64,000 nt of DNA, taken from positions 1 through 64,000 of IMG/VR virus record IMGVR_UViG_3300042566_001780; one strand, written 5' to 3'. The notes under the pieces were generated by a model that worked only from the letters and a program-made list of their open reading frames with translations, was not told the DNA's origin and searched no databases. Both the position numbers and the translations under genes were made by a program. The number at the start of each line of letters is the position of its first letter. Positions within the stretch are counted from its first letter, which is position 1. This document shows positions 54,504-62,867 of the stretch, piece by piece.

Positions 54504-56113
54504 TCAAAATTTGAACACGGAATTGATATAGCTTCCTTGCAGCGTTGGCTTTTCAATTCCCATTGCATCAAAGATACCTTCAATTTTTGAGTCAATCAAT
54601 TTTTCTTCTGTTAGCGCCATATCAATCCTGAAGTTTTCGTTGAACCATTGAGGAATATGCATTAAGTCAGAAGGGAATGCGATTGATTTAAGACCGAACT
54701 CATTGGGCATTAAGTAAAAAACGACACCTTTATCACCTGATTTGATCATAGGTGCATCAGGTTGGAATTGAGTAATTAGTTCATTGTAGTTGATTGCTGC
54801 TCTTACATGTCCTGGGAGATTAATCTTCTTATTGTTCTTTTTCTCATTCAACGTCCAATCAGCATACAACTTGTCGAGGTTATTAATCTGCTTAGCGCCG
54901 CCAAGAGCAAGAACATCTTCCGACTTATGAATCAATTTACCACGAGATTCATTGACTAGTTTTTCAATATCTGAATACGGCTTTTTATCAAGAATCAAAT
55001 CCATCAGTTTCTTCAAGAAATCTTGAATGACTTTAGGAGTGTCGGCTTTCTTGATTTCTGAACCCATCGATTTCAGTTTAGGTTTTTCACGAAGATCAAG
55101 ACCTTCTAAGTTGACTACTTTAAGCGTGTACTTTTTCTTTGCAGTCAAGAATAAACCAGTTTCTGCAACTACTTCACGTGCTACCTTAATAAGATCTTCA
55201 CGACCTTCAGTACAGTTGAAACTCTTTTTCATGAATGCTGAGAACATGTCATTCACTGTAGAAGCAACATCATCAGCAATAGTTACAGCATCTTCATAGT
55301 TGTCGACAGGAATGCTGAAATACGCAGAGTCGGTATCAGAATAGATGCACTGAGTGTTTTTCGAATAGTAGAATGCGCCATAGCATGGATGCGCAGTTCC
55401 CTTGTACATTAGCAGTTCGCCAGCCCGCGTTGGGAATTTTTCCAACTCGTTCCATTTGCAATGCTTACGGTATAAAGCTAGATCATCACTTGAAATGACT
55501 GTTTTATATGAAGATCGAGTTTCACCTTCATCAGTAACTGTAGTTACCAAACGAGATGGTGCATAGCGTTTTTCAATAACACACTCTTGACCAGACACTA
55601 ATTCGCCAATAGTCTCATTCATGAAATGCGTAATTTGACGCCCACACCCGGTTACTGATGCGCCAACCTCTCGCCGCCCAAATCTGAAGGCCACGTTAAG
55701 AAGAGAACCGTACGTGCTGTTCCTTAGTGTTACGGTGATATCGTTTCCATATCACCTCTCATTGTTGCCAATGAGAGCAGACTATATCATCATCCACATG
55801 GGATGCCGGGCGCTTCGAGATCACTTGACCCCTACGAGCATATGCTCTAGTCGTTGCACCTTCCGTGTTAGCGGCTTGGCTCAGGATTGTCCACTTGGGA
55901 GTTTCCCTGAATTCACCCGGTTTTCGACAACCATTGCTGATTGAAGGCTCTAAATCAAAGCTGAATTTTTTTCGTAAGCTGTAAAAGATCGTAGTGTTCT
56001 GCTTGTTGAGCAGCATATTGGATCTTTTCATATTCTTCTCGTGTATACAGTTTGCTTCCATCAAGAATCAAACTGCCATTTTTTATTCCTGTTCTAATTT
56101 CATCAATGTTCAT
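54504..56113 (-). CDS. gp43: Family B DNA polymerase C-terminal subunit; exon 1 56113-55958, exon 2 55721-54504
   Basis: Splicing restores motif B LQLTKKIQL|NSTYG; motif C YSDTDS; KKKY; ATG 56113 overlaps the end of the N-terminal gene. Confidence 0.85.
55722..55957 (-). mobile_element. Group I self-splicing intron (236 nt, no homing endonuclease ORF)
   Basis: 5' exon ends in U (GCUU paired with GAGC in P1); intron ends in G; core GGTGAATTCAGGGAAACTC, AATCCTGAGCCAAG, AAGGTGCAACGACT, GATATAGTCT. Confidence 0.92.
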
Positions 56114-57896
56114 TTTTCAGTTGTTCCAAAATGTCCTCAGTCAATTTTATGCCAGTTACTTCTTTCAATGAAATCATTTCCTTGGTCCATTTCTTCTTTT
56201 CTGCTTGCAATCGTTTACGCTCAGAAAACCAGAATGTCAAAGTGTCTGCTACCATCCCAATCTTATTTTGATCAAACACTGTTCCATAAGCAGAGATTGC
56301 CCAGTTCATATCCTTCATAATCTGTTTCCACTCTTTGCCGGTCTTCTGCTCTGGAGCAAATTCATCAAACTCGAGTGTCCATTGATTTGCATCTTCAGCT
56401 ACAATTCCCAACCAAGCATATTCGCCTTCTGCAAACTGTCCGATAACAGTTTCACGCGACATGTTCAAGGCGCGAATCACTGATGGATACAGCGAGTTAA
56501 TGTCAACAGATGCCACCCAATCATGCAAACCTGCAAGCGGTGTAAGAACCAGGGCACCCTCAACCTTTTCGTTTGCATGCTCAATAATTTCTTTGTTGAA
56601 ACAAACTAGATTATGAACATGATGGGCACGATTCATAATACCAGTTTCAACATATCGAACAGTACCCATGATAGCTACAAATGGCACTGTATTTTCGTGA
56701 GCCATTTGATTGACAAGTTGAATGAATTTGTACTTATCATCAAGCATAACTAGAAGCTGAACGTCATGCAAGTTATAAGCAACAAATTTTAAGAATGAAG
56801 CATCTTTGAATTCTCTATCAATCTCTTCATATTCCTTTTTCAAAGACACATCATTTACAGATTCACGTTTTAACCATGCTCGAATATTAGCTAGGCGAAG
56901 AACTTCATCTTCAATTTCTAGAATTTGCTCAAAGGTTGTACGAGAAATATCTGGCTCAAATGTACCTTTGTAAAGCTGCTCAAGCGTGCCTTCATAATCA
57001 AGCTTTGGAATTCCTAGTTCTTCAAGACCAATGTTTCCAAGAGAGTATGAAGTGCGACCTTCGAAGGTGAACTTCTTGAAGGCATCCAGGTAATCCAGGT
57101 GTGTTCTACCATAAAGCTGATAGACTATAGCAGGCGAGCCAAACCGCATCACTGTGGACTCACGTGGTGCTTGCGCGCCTTTAAAGGACATCCTTGCTAC
57201 AATCTTATCGCCATAAACTCGCTGAATTCGCTTGACAATATATGGAATATCGAAGAACTCAGAGTTCCAACCGCTGATAATGTCAAGATCCTCAATCTCT
57301 TCCAGAAAACCTGCTAGCAACTCTTTTTCATTGGCGCATAGATAGATTTCTGGAAAAATCTTGACATCATGTGCAAGTAGAACCTTCTTTAATCGATCTT
57401 CAAATCCGACTTTACCATTCCAACCAGGAGGAGGAACTGCAAAAGTCACATACTTCTTTGAATTTGAGTGGTAGATAGTGACTGCGTTGATGGGAGCATA
57501 TGGATTCTCTGGAGATGAGAAACCCAAACCTGCTGCCGAAGAATAGTCTGTTTCAATATCGATAAAGCCATAATTGATGATAGGCGTAGGACGATCGTAA
57601 TATTCATCCATCAGCACTCGAGCTGCAGGCTGAACATCAGATTCAAACTTTACTCTGTATGACCTACACAAGTTGTTGAATTCTTCTTCATCGTAACAAT
57701 CAACGCGCTTTACAGTTTCTCCAGTGATTGTTTTTCTATCACCATTTTCATCAGGGACGTAAAAATATCTAGGGGCATCATACTCAACCAGAGTACGAGG
57801 CCCACCTTCAATTGGTCGTTCCCAAACTAACACTTTATCTGACTTACGGTCATGATAAGCAGAGATGAAATTTGTTAGTTTCTTAGGTTGTGTCAT
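56103..57896 (-). CDS. gp43: Family B DNA polymerase N-terminal subunit (3'-5' exonuclease plus motif A)
   Basis: FIDIETD, GWNSEFFDIPY, YNLHDV, VEGALV, SVDINSLYPS; ends after the first finger helix. Confidence 0.92.
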   Translation of the reverse strand: MTQPKKLTNFISAYHDRKSDKVLVWERPIEGGPRTLVEYDAPRYFYVPDENGDRKTITGETVKRVDCYDEEEFNNLCRSYRVKFESDVQPAARVLMDEYYDRPTPIINYGFIDIETDYSSAAGLGFSSPENPYAPINAVTIYHSNSKKYVTFAVPPPGWNGKVGFEDRLKKVLLAHDVKIFPEIYLCANEKELLAGFLEEIEDLDIISGWNSEFFDIPYIVKRIQRVYGDKIVARMSFKGAQAPRESTVMRFGSPAIVYQLYGRTHLDYLDAFKKFTFEGRTSYSLGNIGLEELGIPKLDYEGTLEQLYKGTFEPDISRTTFEQILEIEDEVLRLANIRAWLKRESVNDVSLKKEYEEIDREFKDASFLKFVAYNLHDVQLLVMLDDKYKFIQLVNQMAHENTVPFVAIMGTVRYVETGIMNRAHHVHNLVCFNKEIIEHANEKVEGALVLTPLAGLHDWVASVDINSLYPSVIRALNMSRETVIGQFAEGEYAWLGIVAEDANQWTLEFDEFAPEQKTGKEWKQIMKDMNWAISAYGTVFDQNKIGMVADTLTFWFSERKRLQAEKKKWTKEMISLKEVTGIKLTEDILEQLKNEH

Positions 57897-57898
57897 GC

Positions 57899-58222
57899 TC
57901 AGTTGTCAGAATCGTCTTCAATACCAGTCACACTATTGATTAGCGCAAGCATTTCTTCAAGAGATTGTTTCTTAGAAGAATAGTCATTATCATACGCAGC
58001 TTTGACATAGAAGCTGAAGATTTTAGGATTCAGGTCAAGCTCCTTCTTTGCAACTTCACGAAGTTGTTTGATGTGTTCTTGCTCGAGTTGGATCTTCGTC
58101 TTGCATGTAACAGCTTGATCAACGAGCTGGGTCAATTTAGCTTTGAGCCGATCATCACGCAGGATGTCTTGAATACTACGAAAACGAGGAGCTTCATCTT
58201 TAATAATAAGCGGATTATTCAT
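57899..58222 (-). CDS. DsbA/GapR-like dsDNA-binding protein
   Basis: 107-aa helical pattern AKLTQLVD...EHIKQLREVAKKELDLNPKIFSFYVK. Confidence 0.6.
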   Translation of the reverse strand: MNNPLIIKDEAPRFRSIQDILRDDRLKAKLTQLVDQAVTCKTKIQLEQEHIKQLREVAKKELDLNPKIFSFYVKAAYDNDYSSKKQSLEEMLALINSVTGIEDDSDN

Positions 58223-58238
58223 AATTTCTTTCTTTAGT

Positions 58239-58622
58239 TTACAGAGGGATTTCTACAATGTTTGCAAATGCAACTGCCTCTACAGCTTCTTGATTTGCAA
58301 AATCTGTTGACTCAGGAATAATCCAAAGTTTTGATAATTGGTTTTCTTGCCAATCTGGGGAATAAGATTCAATTCCACTTAATTCAGGATTAATTTCGGC
58401 AATCAATTTGTACACATTTGCTGATTGTTGATTGATGTCCTTAAGACATTCATTCATTACTGAATCACATGATACTACAGCAGACTGCAGATGTTCAAAT
58501 CTTTTTGAAGACAAAATAACAGAATTTGCAAATGGGGCAGCTTTTAGAAAACCAGGTATGTTAAGCAGCGAAAAATTAATACTAATCGCATACTGGTAAA
58601 AACTAGTTGATTTTTTTGACAT
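58239..58622 (-). CDS. Hypothetical protein (127 aa)
   Basis: ORF in operon. Confidence 0.6.
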   Translation of the reverse strand: MSKKSTSFYQYAISINFSLLNIPGFLKAAPFANSVILSSKRFEHLQSAVVSCDSVMNECLKDINQQSANVYKLIAEINPELSGIESYSPDWQENQLSKLWIIPESTDFANQEAVEAVAFANIVEIPL

Positions 58623-59070
58623 GGTCTTGGCTATCTACCAGCATTGCTACTGAAACGTCAGGCAAATCAAAGTCTTCATAGATAACTTTGCCTTTTGCCA
58701 AAACATCTTCAGCTAATGCCAATATAATTTCTGAGATTGCGTATGGATTACTGAAGCCTGCTACACCGACAATTTCACCATCAACATCAAAATCAATATC
58801 ATCTTCTTTGATTGATTGTGGAAGGTAGATTGGATTGAATTTTTCAGAATAGTCAGCTTCAATCGGGAGATTTAGCTTAATGCTCTTTATGAAGTTTGAA
58901 GCAATGCTAAATCCCTCAATATCGCTGTCATATTCTTTGGAAATAATCCAACTCGAATCAATATCACCAGAATGAGCCCCAACAAAGTAGTTAGCAAAAA
59001 CTACTTGTGAAGCATCCTTCTTGAGGGAAATTGAAATTACACATGGAGTACCTTGAGGTGCTTCTATCAT
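58603..59070 (-). CDS. Hypothetical protein (155 aa)
   Basis: ORF in operon with overlaps. Confidence 0.6.
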   Translation of the reverse strand: MIEAPQGTPCVISISLKKDASQVVFANYFVGAHSGDIDSSWIISKEYDSDIEGFSIASNFIKSIKLNLPIEADYSEKFNPIYLPQSIKEDDIDFDVDGEIVGVAGFSNPYAISEIILALAEDVLAKGKVIYEDFDLPDVSVAMLVDSQDHVKKIN

Positions 59071-60242
59071 GAATCTGGCCCGAGGATTATTTGATTATCA
59101 AGTTTGACTGCTTCGCTATTGCCAGTTAAATTACTCATTAACGCCGTTCTAGCATAGTAGTTGGTCGTAACCATAACTGGGAAAATATCTTTGACAGAAA
59201 TTTCCGTAGCATACAAATGCTTAACACCATCTACAAGTTTAATTGTAAGATATTTTGTATCAGAGTTTAATCCGGAAAGTGGGATGTACTTAGATTTTAT
59301 TTGGTCCAGATAGGTGAATACCCCATCTACACTTAGTAGAAAAGCGCATTCTTCAAGATTGAGATCTTTTGAGGATCCATCTGAAAGCATTGGCGGAAAA
59401 TCAGTAGAAATTCGTAATTTGCTATTCAGTGGGAGCAAAGCTTGCTCTGATAGATCACAATAGAACAAGTACCATTTTTGGGCAGAACTATCAATTATTG
59501 TGACATAGTTGACACCCTCCCATGAACCAGTACCAACTCTAGAATTATCGGATATCATTCTTGAGAATGGTAATTGCAGGGTTGAAGTTGGTCGTGATTT
59601 AGAAATAACAACATCAACCTGAATACTGGTGCCTGCAATGGGGTTATTGAACAGAATTGCATTTGGCGGTACTTGAGATGAAGAATCACCAGAATATAGC
59701 TGATATTGGCCAGCACCGGTACCTTCATCAACCTGAATTCCATTGACAAACACGCTAATAACATCAGGATCAGAACCAACAAGTGAGTATCGTAATGTCT
59801 TCTTTTCAACACCGTCTTCAACACCATTTATGATTTTTGTAGGTACAGATTTTCTAAAAGTGTACTTTCGATAATCTTTTGGAGTATCATCCTCAACTAC
59901 AAAAGTAAGATTGACTGATGATATGTCATCAATAATGGTGTCTTGATTCTTGACCGCCAAAATGATCTGTTGAAGTGTACCAGTACTTAAATTAATCAGT
60001 GGTGATTCAGTTGATTCAATAGCGCTAATAATGCGGGATCCTCTAGGCGCCCAATTACTAACATCATTGTCCGATGGAGTACCACGAATAGTATTTCCAT
60101 TATTCGTGTATCCCTCAATTGACAGCAAACCCTCGCACCCTAAAGTGATGTTACACCGATTTGGCACAAAATGAGATATGTTGACTAGTTGGTCAATAGT
60201 ACGAGCACATTCTGAACATTTTAATTTTGCATACTTTTTCAT
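59067..60242 (-). CDS. Hypothetical late, probably virion protein (391 aa)
   Basis: N-terminal CxxC...C....C; beta-rich; late motif upstream. Confidence 0.6.
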   Translation of the reverse strand: MKKYAKLKCSECARTIDQLVNISHFVPNRCNITLGCEGLLSIEGYTNNGNTIRGTPSDNDVSNWAPRGSRIISAIESTESPLINLSTGTLQQIILAVKNQDTIIDDISSVNLTFVVEDDTPKDYRKYTFRKSVPTKIINGVEDGVEKKTLRYSLVGSDPDVISVFVNGIQVDEGTGAGQYQLYSGDSSSQVPPNAILFNNPIAGTSIQVDVVISKSRPTSTLQLPFSRMISDNSRVGTGSWEGVNYVTIIDSSAQKWYLFYCDLSEQALLPLNSKLRISTDFPPMLSDGSSKDLNLEECAFLLSVDGVFTYLDQIKSKYIPLSGLNSDTKYLTIKLVDGVKHLYATEISVKDIFPVMVTTNYYARTALMSNLTGNSEAVKLDNQIILGPDS

Positions 60243-60271
60243 AGCAAAGCACTTTCTAAACAGATTATGGA

Positions 60272-60279
60272 CTATTTAG
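60272..60279 (-). promoter_or_regulatory. Putative late promoter CTAAATAG overlapping upstream stop codon
   Basis: 30 nt upstream of ATG 60242. Confidence 0.55.
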
Positions 60280-60478
60280 ATTTGCCATCTACTATAAGAA
60301 AGAGCGATGATTCAGAAACCCATTTGGTCCATGATCCATCATTCTCATGAGCTGGTGTCACTTCCACTAACTCAATAGTTCGTTTGCTGATAGACGCCAA
60401 TTGTCTAACAGCTACTCTTCCGGTCTTCTTGACTTCTATGTTTTCTAGGACATAGAAGTCTTCTTTTTGGCTACTCAT
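60272..60478 (-). CDS. Hypothetical protein (68 aa)
   Basis: ATGA-coupled to the exonuclease. Confidence 0.65.
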   Translation of the reverse strand: MSSQKEDFYVLENIEVKKTGRVAVRQLASISKRTIELVEVTPAHENDGSWTKWVSESSLFLIVDGKSK

Positions 60479-61065
60479 TGCGATAATCCAATGTTAACAA
60501 GTTGTCGACACATCTGAAGCGCCTTGAGAGATGCCATAGCATCTTCAAGAGCATTATGGGAACCGCGCGTAACGCCAGCAAGAAGTTCAAAAACTACATC
60601 AGATTTGTATTCACCAATACATGCAAATGCCACCACTGAACTGTCAAGGACCACATGGTGTATTTGCGGCATTACTCCATTTGGCTCAAGCAGTTGCTTA
60701 GTTGCATGAATATCAAACCAAGTGTTATGTCCAGCAAACATAACTTTACCATCAATCCCAAAATACTTGACGATAAGAGTAGCAAGATCTAAAGCTGCCT
60801 CTTCAGACGTTACTCCATGTTCCCCAAGATATTCTCGAGATTTTCCATGAATAGCTTCTGCCTCTGCAGACCACGTATATTTTGGATCAAATTTGATCTC
60901 GCGATATAGCGTTTCAATTGGCTCAAGAGTTTCGGCATCTACAATAATAGCACCAAAAGTAATACCTTGAAACTGCTTGAATGTTTCTTCAAACGATGCA
61001 AAAGTGGTACCTGAAGTTTCCCAGTCAATTGCTAGGATGAATTTGGGTTTAGCGCTTCGACTCAT
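60475..61065 (-). CDS. DEDDh 3'-5' exonuclease (DnaQ-like)
   Basis: IDWETSG, GHNTWFD, LDS, HNALEDA. Confidence 0.9.
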   Translation of the reverse strand: MSRSAKPKFILAIDWETSGTTFASFEETFKQFQGITFGAIIVDAETLEPIETLYREIKFDPKYTWSAEAEAIHGKSREYLGEHGVTSEEAALDLATLIVKYFGIDGKVMFAGHNTWFDIHATKQLLEPNGVMPQIHHVVLDSSVVAFACIGEYKSDVVFELLAGVTRGSHNALEDAMASLKALQMCRQLVNIGLSQ

Positions 61066-61685
61066 TGTAAGATTTCCTTTGTAGAAAAAGTTTTCAAAAA
61101 TTTAAGTGTTTCATTTACACGTTTGGTGAGAGATTCATTCTCAATAGTGTGTACCGGAACAGAAGGATCTGCCAAATTGAAATCTGTAATGAATGACGCC
61201 ATTTTGCCATAACAAATTTCAGCATCTTGTTTTGATGCACGTTTTGGGTCATCTTCCCATTGAATGTTTTTCATTAATGGTACCATGATAACCCCGGAAT
61301 ACAGCGTTTGACAGAGTAAGCATGTCATCTTGTACGACGACATCCACTGGTTATAGGATGGATTTAATCGCATGCCCATACGATCAAACCATAATTCTGC
61401 ATATGCGTGAATGTCGGTAAATGAGCGCTCTACTAGAATGACATTATCCCCATCTCGAGCAGCCAGTTGTTTATCATGAGCAAACTTGGCATGTAGGATT
61501 TGCTCCTGGAATTGCATCATTTTAGTTGGGTTGTTATACACTTCATCTAGTGAAGCCCATCCCATTTTCTTTTGCACGGTTCTCGAAACCTTGAAGTCGT
61601 CAACCAGTATATCTTTAGTTTTAAGTTTTTCTAACAGAGTAGTTTTTCCTGAACCTTGCGCACCACTTACCGCAATAATCTTCAT
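61062..61685 (-). CDS. P-loop nucleotide kinase (dNMP kinase / AAA_28-like)
   Basis: MKIIAVSGAQGSGKTT, ILVERSFTD, DDPKR. Confidence 0.8.
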   Translation of the reverse strand: MKIIAVSGAQGSGKTTLLEKLKTKDILVDDFKVSRTVQKKMGWASLDEVYNNPTKMMQFQEQILHAKFAHDKQLAARDGDNVILVERSFTDIHAYAELWFDRMGMRLNPSYNQWMSSYKMTCLLCQTLYSGVIMVPLMKNIQWEDDPKRASKQDAEICYGKMASFITDFNLADPSVPVHTIENESLTKRVNETLKFLKTFSTKEILQ

Positions 61686-61714
61686 TGTTCTTCTCCTACA
61701 TGAATGATTTGAAC

Positions 61715-61725
61715 ATTCTATCACA
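61715..61725 (-). promoter_or_regulatory. Early-type extended -10 TGTGATAGAAT
   Basis: Matches the recurring motif; TTACAG 17 nt upstream. Confidence 0.55.
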
Positions 61726-61778
61726 ATGTGGAAATTCCTGTAACCGAGTTTCTAGGTTGTCATTTGTATGAGTGAACG

Positions 61779-61786
61779 CTAAATAG
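61779..61786 (+). promoter_or_regulatory. Putative late promoter CTAAATAG
   Basis: Divergent intergenic region upstream of 61796. Confidence 0.65.
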
Positions 61787-61795
61787 TTCATTAGC

Positions 61796-62290
61796 ATGTC
61801 ACACTGGAAAGTAACTATGGCAAAAGTAACATTAAAACAATTTTTGGAACTGCAAGAAAGTCAATTAGAACAAAAAGAGGCTTCAACAGTTTGGGATGAA
61901 AATAAGGATTCTGCGTCTACTTATGAAATCACTACTAAATTTCTTATCAAGCCATCTGAAGAGAAAAAGGGTTTCTACGATGTATTTGAGCTAACAGAGA
62001 ATGGAAAACGTAAATTCCAAGATTCTTACAAAGAAGTGCAAATTGATCAATTATTTCGTTTAGCATCCCAAACATCAAAAGCTGATATTGAGGGATTTAA
62101 AGAATACCTTTTACAAGGTACAATTGAAGCAATTAAATGGAATCAAGATCCGGTTGAAATTATGACAGACGGTACTTCATTCACGCTCAAAAAGGGTGAT
62201 TACCTTTTGAGAGAATTAGATGGAAAAGAATTTGTGTTCACTGTAGAAAATCGTGGTACTTTTGAATCATCACCAAGAAAGAAAGTTTAA
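61796..62290 (+). CDS. Hypothetical late protein
   Basis: Late motif upstream; the start may be ATG 61817 (MAKVTLKQFLE). Confidence 0.7.
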   Translation: MSHWKVTMAKVTLKQFLELQESQLEQKEASTVWDENKDSASTYEITTKFLIKPSEEKKGFYDVFELTENGKRKFQDSYKEVQIDQLFRLASQTSKADIEGFKEYLLQGTIEAIKWNQDPVEIMTDGTSFTLKKGDYLLRELDGKEFVFTVENRGTFESSPRKKV

Positions 62291-62292
62291 TA

Positions 62293-62841
62293 ATGACTGC
62301 TGAAAAAACCGAGAAGCCTAAGAGAAAAAATACTTCTAAGAAAAAAGGAAATGGCTTTGAATTGACAGTAGCAAAACTGTTGTCAAAAGAATTAGCACCA
62401 ATGAACTTTATTCGAACCCCTGGATCTGGGGCACGAGTTGGCGGAAAGAACTTTGCTACCATTGGCCAAATGTTCGGTGAAGAGGCATTAAAGATTTTTG
62501 TTGGCGATGTTGTCCCAGTTAATGAAAAACAAATAGGCAAGAAGTTTAAAGTATCATGTGAATGTAAGTTCTATGCAACGCAGGATCACTTTACATCAGT
62601 TATGATGGGATCGGGCTTAATCTTCAAATGGATGAAAGAATCAGAGGATGACGCTCAAAAGATCGATAAACTTCCAGTCCTAATCTTTAAGTGGAATCAT
62701 ACACCTATTTTCATTGCATGTACCGACGACAATATGCCAGTTGACTGCATTAAGATGATTCTACCGAGAGAAAATCTGTCTAGCATCAAAGTTGGTATCC
62801 TTGAAGAAGTTCTCAAACATAAAGATTTTTGGATAGAATGA
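62293..62841 (+). CDS. Hjc-like PD-(D/E)xK Holliday junction resolvase
   Basis: SKKKGNGFELTVAKLL, RTPGSGA, GDVVP, ECKFY. Confidence 0.8.
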   Translation: MTAEKTEKPKRKNTSKKKGNGFELTVAKLLSKELAPMNFIRTPGSGARVGGKNFATIGQMFGEEALKIFVGDVVPVNEKQIGKKFKVSCECKFYATQDHFTSVMMGSGLIFKWMKESEDDAQKIDKLPVLIFKWNHTPIFIACTDDNMPVDCIKMILPRENLSSIKVGILEEVLKHKDFWIE

Positions 62842-62867
62842 AAGCAACGGCGTGTTAGAATAACAGC

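Noticed and set aside
55759-56064. 101-aa ORF as a homing endonuclease or polymerase piece
   Set aside because: It is out of frame with exon 1, runs through the intron core, and has no LAGLIDADG, GIY-YIG or HNH motifs.
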